Positions 9,379-18,192 are shown, numbered from the stretch's first letter. The stretch: DNA of 64,000 nucleotides from Candidatus Aenigmatarchaeota archaeon (GCA_043802485.1 JAZDKZ010000001.1:32001-96000); one strand, 5' to 3'. Notes: a model not told the origin generated them from the letters alone. Numbers and translations are program-made.

Positions 9379-9809
9379 GTCTTATAGGTTTGCCGGTCGC
9401 GATAGAGGAGCTTTTGCTAGTTGCTGGCATACTTTTCATGTCATCATTGATTTACAAGTTCCTTCTGGATCATGAAAAGCTGAAGGAGCTAAAGACCAAG
9501 CAGAAGGAAAAGCAGGACAGGCTGAAGGAGATTCAGAAGACCAATCCCGAAGAGGCTAATCAGGTCATGAATGAGATGCTGAAGCTTTCGCAGAAGCAGA
9601 TGAAGATGACGATGAAGCCCATGATAGTGAGCCTTGTGATATTCATAATCGTGCTTCCGGTGATGCCCAACCTTTTTCCAGGTATTGTGGTCAACCTGCC
9701 GTTCACCCTGCCCTACTTTGGTAGCGATTTCGGTTGGATGGCATGGTATTTTATACTTTCATTACCATTAAATTCAATCTTCAGAAAGATGCTGGGTGTT
9801 GAACTATGA
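9375..9809 (+). CDS. EMC3/TMCO1 (DUF106, Oxa1 superfamily) membrane protein
   Basis: TM, coiled-coil, MKPM, GWMAWYF; conserved position before rpl34e. Confidence 0.88.
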   Translation: MSLIGLPVAIEELLLVAGILFMSSLIYKFLLDHEKLKELKTKQKEKQDRLKEIQKTNPEEANQVMNEMLKLSQKQMKMTMKPMIVSLVIFIIVLPVMPNLFPGIVVNLPFTLPYFGSDFGWMAWYFILSLPLNSIFRKMLGVEL

Positions 9810-10051
9810 GAAACAACAAATCGATTAGAAAGATAAGCAGAAAGGCTTCAGGCGGCAGGACAGTCGTGCACACGAAGAAGAAAAAGCCAGAGTATGTGCT
9901 GTGCTACAAGTGTGGGGCAAAACTCAACAGGCCCAAGCTGAACAGTGCAGAGATAAAAAAGCTGCCCAAGACCAAGAGAAGGCCGCAGAGGCCGTTCCCA
10001 GAGTTATGCTCAAAGTGCATGAGGAACAAAATAAAGAGTATGGTGAAATAA
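9806..10051 (+). CDS. rpl34e: 50S ribosomal protein eL34
   Basis: GGRTVVH, CYKCG, RRPQRPF.LCSKC. Confidence 0.93.
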   Translation: MRNNKSIRKISRKASGGRTVVHTKKKKPEYVLCYKCGAKLNRPKLNSAEIKKLPKTKRRPQRPFPELCSKCMRNKIKSMVK

Positions 10052-10366
10052 ATGCTGAACGAAGGAAGGATTGTACTAAAGATAGCAGGCAGGGAAGCCG
10101 GCAAATATGCTGTTATAGTTGAGAATTCTAACGACGGTTTCGTCATGATAACCGGGCCAAAGGCCGTCACAGGCGTGAAGAGAAGGAAATGTAATGTCGA
10201 ACACATCGAGCCGACCGAGCATGTTTTGGAAATCGGGGCAAAGGCTGATGACGCTTCTGTTGAAAAGGTCTGGAGGAACTCTGAGCTGATAAAGACGCTG
10301 GAGATAAAGATTCCGGAGAAGAGAGAGTTCAAGAAGAAAGAGAAGCCTGTTGCGAAGAAGAAATAG
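10052..10366 (+). CDS. rpl14e: 50S ribosomal protein eL14
   Basis: GRIVLKIAGREAGK, ITGPK.TGVKRRKCN. Confidence 0.95.
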   Translation: MLNEGRIVLKIAGREAGKYAVIVENSNDGFVMITGPKAVTGVKRRKCNVEHIEPTEHVLEIGAKADDASVEKVWRNSELIKTLEIKIPEKREFKKKEKPVAKKK

Positions 10367-10378
10367 AAGTTTTTAATT

Positions 10379-10894
10379 CTAAACTTTTGTTAGTATCTGT
10401 TTTATTGATGCTTCTAATAATTTTCTATGTATTTTCATATACTGACTTTCCAGTGCGTTATATTCTTTATGATATTTTGTTGAGATTCCATTTTTCTTGT
10501 CGATGAAAAGAGAGAAATTGCCATCTATATTCATTATGTTCACATTATTCGGACAATAATCCTCTTTAAAATACAATACATTTACTTGATGGAAGGGGGC
10601 CACGTCTACTCTCGGAATAATAACACCTTTTACAAGTTGCCATCTATCTTCAAGTATGAAGCCAGGTCTCCAACTTAGGTTATAAGGATAACATATCATT
10701 TTTCCTGCATATTCAAAATTTTCTATTTCTTTCTCATCAAACATGTGTTTATTTTTTAAAGCAAAGTCATTTAATACTTTTTTGGCTAGTCCCATTTCTT
10801 GATTTTGTGAAAGCTCCTGTGCTACATTGAGTACAGGTTCTAGTCTAGGATATATTTCTCGAGTAAACTTTGAATAGTATTTTTCATCTGCCAT
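10379..10894 (-). CDS. hypothetical protein (AT-rich)
   Basis: 171-aa ORF filling the gap; no recognised motif. Confidence 0.6.
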   Translation of the reverse strand: MADEKYYSKFTREIYPRLEPVLNVAQELSQNQEMGLAKKVLNDFALKNKHMFDEKEIENFEYAGKMICYPYNLSWRPGFILEDRWQLVKGVIIPRVDVAPFHQVNVLYFKEDYCPNNVNIMNIDGNFSLFIDKKNGISTKYHKEYNALESQYMKIHRKLLEASIKQILTKV

Positions 10895-10947
10895 AAAAAG
10901 TATAAGTTAGAAAATAATTTAAATGGATACAAATTGATAGTTCTATT

Positions 10948-11163
10948 ATGAAGTTCGAAGAATTCGAAAAAAGGATTCGAGAGATGGGCTACGGCATAGC
11001 CGCCATGAACCATTACATTTTTGGAGGCAAGAATTATACTTATTGCGTTGTTCTCGGCAAGAATGACAAGGCCTTCCAGGCCGAGGGCGAGAGTTCTGAA
11101 AAAGTTTTTGAAATGATAATCAACAAGATAATGAAACACAGAGAATCTACAAAACTGAATTAA
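10948..11163 (+). CDS. hypothetical protein
   Basis: 71-aa ORF with TATA-like TTTAAA about 25 nt upstream. Confidence 0.6.
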   Translation: MKFEEFEKRIREMGYGIAAMNHYIFGGKNYTYCVVLGKNDKAFQAEGESSEKVFEMIINKIMKHRESTKLN

Positions 11164-11186
11164 TCTATTGGAATTAAACAACGTGC

Positions 11187-12710
11187 TTACAACCCATTCT
11201 TCGCATAGTACCGGTTCAGCATTCTTTCTGTTGCCTTTAGAGCTGAATTTGTTTGGTCGGGATCCACCCCGGTAGTCTTGAGTATAACACCACTGTTGTC
11301 TTTCCATGTTATCAAGGTCTTGACCAATGCGTTTGTGCTCCCACCTTTTGGTATGGAGGATGAATAGTCTACGAGCTTTGGCATCTCCCCCAGGTTAAAG
11401 GGTTCCAAGGCTTTTTTTAATGCGTTCATCATTGCGTCAAAGCCACCGTTCCCTTCCCCATATTCGCTCAAATCATTTCCATCATAATTGAGATTCAATA
11501 CACCCTCGGCTGTAACACCCTTGCCTGTAACAGTCATGTTAAAATATATATCGAACATCTTTTTCTCGGGCTCGCCGATGACGTCGTCCAATATGAAAGG
11601 GAGGTCGTCTTCGGTGACATTCTCCTTCCTGTCAGATATATCTTTTACCTTCTCAAGTATCTGGGACACTAGCCTTTTGTCTGGGTCAACGCCCATTGAC
11701 TTTAGGTGCATCTCTATTGTGGCCTTGCCACTGTGCTTGTCCAGAGCGTAACCATATTCCCTGCCGAATCTTTCGGGGCCGAGTTCGCTTGCATAGAGGC
11801 CTTTCTTTGCCATGCCGTCAGCATGAACGCCGCAATCGTGCATAAAGGCGTTCTTCCCGACAATAGGCATGTTCCTTGGTATCTCGACCTGCGACAGTCT
11901 GGACACCAGCTTGCTCAGAGGGTAGAGTTTTTTCTCGTCAACGCCTGTCTCCTTTTTGGCAATGTCGTGAAGGCCTACAACAACCTCGTGCAGTGGGGCG
12001 TTTCCCGCCCTCTCGCCCATGCCGTTGACAGTGGTGTGGACGCCGCTGCAGCCTCCCTCCACTGCCGCCAATGCGTTCGCGGTCGCAAGGCCATGATCGT
12101 TATGTCCATGATAGTCAAAAAATAATTCAGGATATTTTCTGGCCATACTCTTGGCGTTTCTCTTTGCGGTGGCCGGGCTGTCTATGCCAAGGGTATCGCA
12201 GAGCATTATCCTGCCCGCTTTTCCTTTCACGTTTTTGACAAGGCTGTCAATATAAGCCGGGTTCTCTTTTATGCCGCTGCTAAAGTGCTCCAGGTAGAGA
12301 TTTGTTTTCATGCCGCTGTCTTCCGCATAGTCGAGGACCTTGAGCACGCTTTGCTCGTGCTCGTCCGGCGTCATGTTTAGCTGCGAGAGCTGCCTTTTCG
12401 AGCCCTTTGACAGTACGTTGACTGTCTCGAGTCCGGCATCATTTGCCCAGTCCACTGAATCCTTTGACAGAAGGACCAGGCACTCCAGCTTGTTGACGGG
12501 ATACGACATGTCCTTGAATTTTTTCACAACGTATCTTGCCGCCTCAAACTCGCCCCTGGATACATTGGCGCTTGCTATCTCCTCCCTGTCCACTCCCGCG
12601 TCTATCGCTGCCCTAGCTATCGCGAGCTTGTCCTTCGGGTCGTACGAGACGCCCTGCATCTGCTCGCCGTCTCTGAGGGTGGTGTCGATGATAGTTATCC
12701 TGCTTTTCAT
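11187..12710 (-). CDS. cimA: alpha-isopropylmalate/citramalate synthase family, CimA-like (Leptospira/Bacteroidota type) with C-terminal allosteric domain
   Basis: DTTLRDGEQ, HGHNDHGLA, NGMGERAGN; EIASANVSRGEF and IPKGGSTNALVKTLITW...GVDPDQ resemble bacterial CimA. Confidence 0.75.
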   Translation of the reverse strand: MKSRITIIDTTLRDGEQMQGVSYDPKDKLAIARAAIDAGVDREEIASANVSRGEFEAARYVVKKFKDMSYPVNKLECLVLLSKDSVDWANDAGLETVNVLSKGSKRQLSQLNMTPDEHEQSVLKVLDYAEDSGMKTNLYLEHFSSGIKENPAYIDSLVKNVKGKAGRIMLCDTLGIDSPATAKRNAKSMARKYPELFFDYHGHNDHGLATANALAAVEGGCSGVHTTVNGMGERAGNAPLHEVVVGLHDIAKKETGVDEKKLYPLSKLVSRLSQVEIPRNMPIVGKNAFMHDCGVHADGMAKKGLYASELGPERFGREYGYALDKHSGKATIEMHLKSMGVDPDKRLVSQILEKVKDISDRKENVTEDDLPFILDDVIGEPEKKMFDIYFNMTVTGKGVTAEGVLNLNYDGNDLSEYGEGNGGFDAMMNALKKALEPFNLGEMPKLVDYSSSIPKGGSTNALVKTLITWKDNSGVILKTTGVDPDQTNSALKATERMLNRYYAKNGL

Positions 12711-12746
12711 AGAATCACTTTCGAAAAGAAGAGAGCAATGGAATTT

Positions 12747-12806
12747 CTACTGTATAATAATGCGTCTGGTTGTTTCAAAGAAGGTTGGTATTATTGCTGT
12801 CTTCAT
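12747..12806 (-). CDS. putative Ile/Thr-rich leader peptide MKTAIIPTFFETTRRIIIQ
   Basis: 19-codon ORF ending 36 nt upstream of the cimA ATG; 5 Ile and 4 Thr codons; TATA box 22 nt upstream of its ATG. Confidence 0.6.
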   Translation of the reverse strand: MKTAIIPTFFETTRRIIIQ

Positions 12807-12828
12807 AATGAAATATTGTAGGGAAAAG

Positions 12829-12836
12829 TATTTATT
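12829..12836 (-). promoter_or_regulatory. TATA box for a leaderless leader-peptide/cimA transcript
   Basis: AATAAATA on the minus strand, with an A-rich run upstream, spaced to start transcription near ATG 12806. Confidence 0.5.
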
Positions 12837-12970
12837 GATAGTTTTTTGGTTATATGAAAATAACCCTATATAACATCCGGATAGTCTTAACTGGGTTCTG
12901 AAAAGTGCCAATTGACTGGAATTTTATACAAATTTGTGGGATTTTTAAGGTGTGTTCACAAAGTCTGTTT

Positions 12971-13641
12971 ATGAGATTACTAGTAGTTTTTATGGTTTTA
13001 TCAGTGCTTCTTGTTTCTGGTTGTATCTCGTCAAACGATAAGGCATATTATGATAAGTTCAAAGACCAAACTTGAGTTATTCTTGGGACTTTAATGAGAC
13101 TCTTTGTAATGATTGTGGAGGTTACACGATTAATTCTACATATTTTCAATTAAAAAAGTATAACAAAATAGATGAATTTGGAATGTATTTTTATAATTGG
13201 TTTTGCGGGAAAGTTCCTTATAAAATACAATACAAGCATGAAGAAGGACATATCTATACTAATCAACTGTTAAATGTAGAGAATTATGTTGGTACTTCTG
13301 AAAATCCCCTAGACAATTTTTGTGAATTTCAACATGATAATTCTAATCTTTCTATTACTACTAATGATTTTTTAACAAATTTTTGTGTACCTGTTTCAGA
13401 AGGTATAGCAGATTATCACTTGAAAACATATTTCAACAATAGCACAAGTGATGATTATTTTAAGTGTATTGAAAAAATATACAAACAACATTACCAAGGG
13501 CTCAGGTTCGTTGAATATGCCTTGGATAAAAAGCTATACTCTAATCTTACTGATTTAATTCTGGACTTGTTCTCAGTTATACAATACGACTATTATAAAG
13601 AATTTACGAATACTCTTCCAGACAGTCTTACTATATACTAA
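12971..13641 (+). pseudogene. frameshifted lipoprotein with gluzincin-like metallopeptidase motif
   Basis: lipobox signal MRLLVVFMVLSVLLVSGC stops at 13075; the shifted frame continues with HEEGH and a downstream EGIADY. Confidence 0.6.
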
Positions 13642-13723
13642 TTCCAACACCTTCAACCTTATTCTGCCCTAGGCGGAGGCAGTGAGAAATCAAGCATATA
13701 AAAAACAAAGATAATTCTATATC

Positions 13724-14650
13724 ATGGGCTGGCTGATAAAAAAGCACGAGGCGTCCCTGACCGATTATGGATGCTATCCTGGCGCAAGGCCGTTGAAGGA
13801 ATACGTAAACAACGGCATAACAGTTCTTGACAAGCCGTCGGGTCCGACGTCCAACCAGGTAGATACTTGGGTCAAGGAGATTCTGAAAATAGATAAATGC
13901 TCCCACGCCGGCACCTTGGATCCGAGAGCGACGGGCGTCCTTGTCATTGCATTGGAGAACGCGACAAAATTGATGCCCATTATGCTTTCGGTCAAAAAGG
14001 AATACGTCGGCATAATGTATCTGCACGAGGACGTTGATGAGAAGAAGATAAGAAAGGTCTTCAAGGACTTTGTAGGAAAGGTAAAGCAGCTGCCGCCACT
14101 GAAATCGGCGGTCGCAAGAAGAGTAAGGGAAAGGGAAATTTATTATCTTGAGATTCTGGAAATAGACGGAAGGAACATACTCTTCAAGGTCGGTTGCCAA
14201 GCAGGCTTCTACGTGAGACGCCTGGCAGTGGACGTGGGGGAGAAGCTCGGCGTAAAGTCCCATCTCAAGGAATTGAGAAGGACCAAGAGCGGCAACTTCT
14301 CGGAAGATGCTGCCATAACCTTGCAGGACCTGCTCTATGCTGTTGAAGATGACAGAATCAAGGAAGTGGTCCAGCCCATGGAGATAGCCATGGAGTCGGT
14401 CGGCAAGGTAATTATTTCTGACACTTCCGTCGACAACGTGTGCAATGGATCGCCGCTATACACCGGCGGCATAACAAGGCTGGAGGACAGCATCAGGAAG
14501 GGTGACTGGGTCGCTGTTTTCAGTTTGAAAGGGGAGTTAATTGCAATAGGAAAGTCAACAATGAATTCCAAGGACATGGCCAAGAAAAGAGGATTAGCCG
14601 TCAAGATAGACCGGGTGCTGATGAAAATGGGAACCTACCCTAAAGCCTGA
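13724..14650 (+). CDS. cbf5: RNA-guided pseudouridine synthase Cbf5 (TruB family)
   Basis: LDKPSGPTS, HAGTLDP, ELRRT, C-terminal PUA domain. Confidence 0.96.
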   Translation: MGWLIKKHEASLTDYGCYPGARPLKEYVNNGITVLDKPSGPTSNQVDTWVKEILKIDKCSHAGTLDPRATGVLVIALENATKLMPIMLSVKKEYVGIMYLHEDVDEKKIRKVFKDFVGKVKQLPPLKSAVARRVREREIYYLEILEIDGRNILFKVGCQAGFYVRRLAVDVGEKLGVKSHLKELRRTKSGNFSEDAAITLQDLLYAVEDDRIKEVVQPMEIAMESVGKVIISDTSVDNVCNGSPLYTGGITRLEDSIRKGDWVAVFSLKGELIAIGKSTMNSKDMAKKRGLAVKIDRVLMKMGTYPKA

Positions 14651-14906
14651 AAAGCTCGAAAGCGCTGAAAACCCATTGTAACAACAATACGACCGAGGAC
14701 ACAAGCACGATAGCCAGCCATATGTAGAATATTATCCTGTAGTTGATATTCTTGTCAAGTACGTAGATGGTTGACGAAAAGCCTAGAGTTATTAGAATGA
14801 ATACAAAGCCGATATAATAGTCCTCGGTAAAAACCGCGAGATACGAGGAATACAGCAGCCCGAAAACAACTAGGAACAATATCAGGATTTTTTCAATGGT
14901 TTTCAT
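14640..14906 (-). CDS. small membrane protein (3 TM)
   Basis: hydrophobic ORF, GGTGA SD, directly downstream of the surface protein gene. Confidence 0.65.
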   Translation of the reverse strand: MKTIEKILILFLVVFGLLYSSYLAVFTEDYYIGFVFILITLGFSSTIYVLDKNINYRIIFYIWLAIVLVSSVVLLLQWVFSAFELFRL

Positions 14907-14910
14907 CTCA

Positions 14911-16911
14911 TCACCCATCCTTGGTATAGACGTAGACAACCTTATGCGTACGCCTTGGTTGGTCTTTGTACATAAGGAATACAACGACAGCTGCTATTAT
15001 AGCGACAATCACTATTATCAAAGGAACCGTGTAGTCTAAACCGACTTCTGACCTTATTTCCATAAAGTTCTCTCTGGATTCCGACCATGCTCCGTTCGTG
15101 TCGTTGGAGTAGACCTTCCATGCGACTACTCCGTATGCGTTGTTGACAGCATCCTTCATAACGTCTATGCTTCCGTCCGTTCCTTCGAGGGAAATCCATG
15201 AGTCGTTCACCCAGCTTCCTGTGTCGTTCATGGAGAATATGTAGCCGGAAAGCCCCCTGTCATCAGACAGGACGAATGAAAACACGACAGGCTCATCCTC
15301 CTTTACTGGAGACGATGAAAAGTCATAATATGAAGGAGGCTGGTTGGCAGCAGGCTCGGCTTTGTTTATCGACAGAGGCATTTTGCCTGTGGCTGATACA
15401 GTCCCGTTGGCAGTCTTTCCATTAACCTTTATCAAGACATCAATGTATTCTGGATTGCTTTCAGATGGGATGTCAAAATTTATTTTGATTATCACGTAGC
15501 CTCCCTTGAGAAGTGCGCTAGGCACGCCCTTGACCGAGTACCAGCTTGTCTGTACATTCTCCACGACAACTTCAAAGTTGGTGACAGTCTCGTCCAAGGT
15601 GCTTGACAGGTTGAAAGTCCCCTCTGCGCTCTGGCCGAGCTTCACATAGACCGAGGACACGTCGGTTATCTTGAACTCCTTCTTTGCTTCAGTCGGCTTC
15701 TTTTTATACTCTGTCACGACAGTCAAGTTTTTTCTCAACGTCTGGTTGGTGTAGTTCTTGTTGCCGTCCGTTTTGCATATGTACTCGTAATAACCGACCG
15801 GCAGCATTGATACATCCATCCTTTCAGACATGCTGGTGTTTTCTATCTTGGTGGAGTTCCTGTGGAAATCGAAATTCTTTATGGATATCTGGTCCGTCAG
15901 CGACCAGCAGTTCACAACTGAAGTCGTGCCGTTGAGTATCTCATCAAAAGGAGCGTAAAGATTCAGCGCGAAGGCTTTGAACAGCCTGTAAGACCTTTGT
16001 TCTGTACCTGTCCAGCTGCCTGAATCATCCTTGGCGTACCATCTGTAGACAAAATTTGCTGGGAATATATCTGTCAGATTTATCCAGAATGTGCCTGATT
16101 GGTTGTAAACTTTGGGGTTGGTGCTTGTCGTATAGTTCTTTTTGCTGCCCGTATGGTTGGATTCAAACCTGACTTCTGTCAGGGTCACGTCTGTCCAAGA
16201 TATGTTGAAATAGTATGACTGGTTGGGTGCATAGGTCGCATAATCTAACGGATTCGTGTTGATGTTGTAGTATTGCGGTGGGGTGCTGTCGAAATAGAAC
16301 GCCTTCCATGCTGCATTATAGAAATCATCCCCGTTCCATGAAGCGTTCAGAACAAATACGCCTTCGTAAGTCAGGTTCGCCAAAGCGTATATGACAGAAC
16401 TGTCATTTTGTACATCCAGACCAGGATAGTCTGAATCAAGAAAAACGGTTTTTCCAGGGATATTTAGTTTTGCAGTGAAATTCGCGGCAGTGTTCTTGCT
16501 ATAGCTTCGATTGCCCTCTGTACCGTTCAGATACAGGCTGAAAGCAGCAGAAGTGTTTTTGGTCACGCTGTACGGAAAGTAATCGGTAACATTGGTATTA
16601 GACTCATTATCAACGGCAAACCATCTGTAGGAATAATCTGTTGGAAATAAGCCGGTAAAATTTATGAAATAAAGATTCATGACATTGGAAACTGTCGAGT
16701 TGACAATGGTGCCGGATGAGTGATTGGTCAGCTCGAAGAGGACACCTGAAATCAACTTTCCATCACCGTTCCATGTTATTCGAAAGTCGTAGCTTCTCTC
16801 AGGGCTGTACTGGGTTCCAGAAGTTGGTGAAGCGTAAGCATCCGACCATGACAATGCATATGCGTTCGTAGACAAAAGTAACAGAGCAATAATTACAATC
16901 GACAATTTCAT
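14911..16911 (-). CDS. large secreted, C-terminally anchored surface glycoprotein with repeated beta-sandwich-like modules
   Basis: signal peptide, many N-x-S/T sequons, repeated YxFxIxW...YRW[F/Y]AxD modules, C-terminal TM and basic tail. Confidence 0.8.
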   Translation of the reverse strand: MKLSIVIIALLLLSTNAYALSWSDAYASPTSGTQYSPERSYDFRITWNGDGKLISGVLFELTNHSSGTIVNSTVSNVMNLYFINFTGLFPTDYSYRWFAVDNESNTNVTDYFPYSVTKNTSAAFSLYLNGTEGNRSYSKNTAANFTAKLNIPGKTVFLDSDYPGLDVQNDSSVIYALANLTYEGVFVLNASWNGDDFYNAAWKAFYFDSTPPQYYNINTNPLDYATYAPNQSYYFNISWTDVTLTEVRFESNHTGSKKNYTTSTNPKVYNQSGTFWINLTDIFPANFVYRWYAKDDSGSWTGTEQRSYRLFKAFALNLYAPFDEILNGTTSVVNCWSLTDQISIKNFDFHRNSTKIENTSMSERMDVSMLPVGYYEYICKTDGNKNYTNQTLRKNLTVVTEYKKKPTEAKKEFKITDVSSVYVKLGQSAEGTFNLSSTLDETVTNFEVVVENVQTSWYSVKGVPSALLKGGYVIIKINFDIPSESNPEYIDVLIKVNGKTANGTVSATGKMPLSINKAEPAANQPPSYYDFSSSPVKEDEPVVFSFVLSDDRGLSGYIFSMNDTGSWVNDSWISLEGTDGSIDVMKDAVNNAYGVVAWKVYSNDTNGAWSESRENFMEIRSEVGLDYTVPLIIVIVAIIAAVVVFLMYKDQPRRTHKVVYVYTKDG

Positions 16912-17018
16912 ATATAATAGATATAACAGTCGAATTAAAATATCTAATCTAATTTTTCTTGTTCAATGCCAAAATAAACTTAATAAGCAGGTAATACAAT
17001 TTAGTAGCAGGTGATTAA

Positions 17019-17258
17019 ATGGTATTTGGAATAGGAAGAAAAAAGAAAACAACGAAAAAGAGAACAGTAAAGAGAAAAGTAACAAAGAAAAAAACAGCAA
17101 AAAGAAAGTCAGCCAAGAAGGGCAAGGCTTTCGGTGGTTACATGATAAGGCCAAACGCAGACTTGGCAAAGATAATCGGCAACAAGCCGGTTTCACCTTC
17201 TGAGATGACCAAGAATATCTGGACCTATATCAAGAGAAGAAAACTTGCGGGCAGATAA
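17019..17258 (+). CDS. small basic SWIB/MDM2-domain protein
   Basis: PNADLAKIIG.PVSPSEMTKNIWTYIKRRKL matches the N-terminal half of SWIB; Lys/Arg-rich N-terminus; AGGTGA SD. Confidence 0.8.
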   Translation: MVFGIGRKKKTTKKRTVKRKVTKKKTAKRKSAKKGKAFGGYMIRPNADLAKIIGNKPVSPSEMTKNIWTYIKRRKLAGR

Positions 17259-17331
17259 TTGTTTTTTTCAGCACAAGATAGAGCATGATTTCTATAAGCT
17301 TTAAAAGGTTAAAAACATTTAAAGAGTTTAT

Positions 17332-17486
17332 GCCGACGTGGCAGAACCAGGTTAATGCGCTAGACTTGAGGACATATGATTAGATGGCTTGACTCCGAAT
17401 GCGGCGAAATGAGGAATGATAGGCGAAATGATGTCTAGAAATCTAGTGCCCGCAAGGGCTTGCAGGTTCAAATCCTGCCGTCGGCG
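17332..17486 (+). tRNA. tRNA-Ser(TGA) with 70-nt intron (17371-17440) at position 37/38
   Basis: GCCGACG/CGTCGGC acceptor, CTAGA/TCTAG anticodon stem, long variable arm, G discriminator, relaxed BHB. Confidence 0.93.
17371..17435 (+). ncRNA. box C/D guide sRNA embedded in the tRNA-Ser intron
   Basis: C ATGATTA 17376-82, D' CCGA 17395-98, C' ATGAGGA 17409-15, D ATGA 17428-31, two 12-nt guides, terminal stem GACA/TGTC. Confidence 0.75.
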
Positions 17487-17522
17487 CTTTTTCTTTAAGA
17501 AACTCAAAAACCAATAAGGTCT

Positions 17523-17813
17523 ATGAAGAAAAAATGTAGACATGATATCAAGATAGAAATTATGGTAAAACTTTTCAAGCCTATGACAAGCGGTTCTCTA
17601 AATCAAGAGGTGAGATTGAGTTCCATTAAATTGAAAAAAAATCTGGACGAACTCAAAGAAAGAATGTTGATAAGTGAGCTCAGGAACAAGGACGGCACAG
17701 TCCTCTATCACACGACCCCAAAAGGTAGGAAGCTGGTCAAGTTCTATAAGGATTTGTCAGACCATCTCGAAGGCAAGGATGCACTTCCCCACATTTTTGG
17801 CGTTTATAGATAG
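17523..17813 (+). CDS. winged helix-turn-helix protein
   Basis: HTH followed by YHTTPKGRKL wing motif. Confidence 0.75.
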   Translation: MKKKCRHDIKIEIMVKLFKPMTSGSLNQEVRLSSIKLKKNLDELKERMLISELRNKDGTVLYHTTPKGRKLVKFYKDLSDHLEGKDALPHIFGVYR

Positions 17814-17844
17814 ACTTTTTTATCAGTTAAACGAATAGAAATAT

Positions 17845-18192
17845 ATGGTGTTTTTAGCTCAAGTGTTGCCGTTCTCGGTTGGTAACATAGTGCCTATAGT
17901 CATCAGCATCTTGTTCGGAGCAGTCACTGCATGGATAAGCGCTCAGATAGTCAGCAGGCATGCCTCATTGCAAGGAGCCTTGTTGTTCTCTGTTGTGTCG
18001 TATGTTGTTATCATGATATCAGTCTTCATACCCACCATAGCAATCCCTTTCATCAGCACGATGTTCGCGATAGAAGCTGTGATAAAGAGCTTGCTTGCGA
18101 TGAAATTCTTCAATACAGACTTTCGCAGTGGCTTGGCGATAACAGGCGTCCAGATGCTTCTGGGCATGATTTTAATAATTCCCTATTTCTAG
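17845..18192 (+). CDS. hypothetical membrane protein (about 4 TM)
   Basis: hydrophobic ORF. Confidence 0.7.
   Translation: MVFLAQVLPFSVGNIVPIVISILFGAVTAWISAQIVSRHASLQGALLFSVVSYVVIMISVFIPTIAIPFISTMFAIEAVIKSLLAMKFFNTDFRSGLAITGVQMLLGMILIIPYF

Noticed and set aside
10051..10052. Absence of cmk between rpl34e and rpl14e (also rpoK, pcc1 and DUF359 at their usual sites)
   Set aside because: Loss cannot be told from relocation within one window, and this is common in reduced archaea.
17332..17486. tRNA-Leu or tRNA-Sec identity for this long-arm tRNA
   Set aside because: The anticodon is TGA with a G discriminator and a normal 7-bp acceptor stem, which fits Ser.
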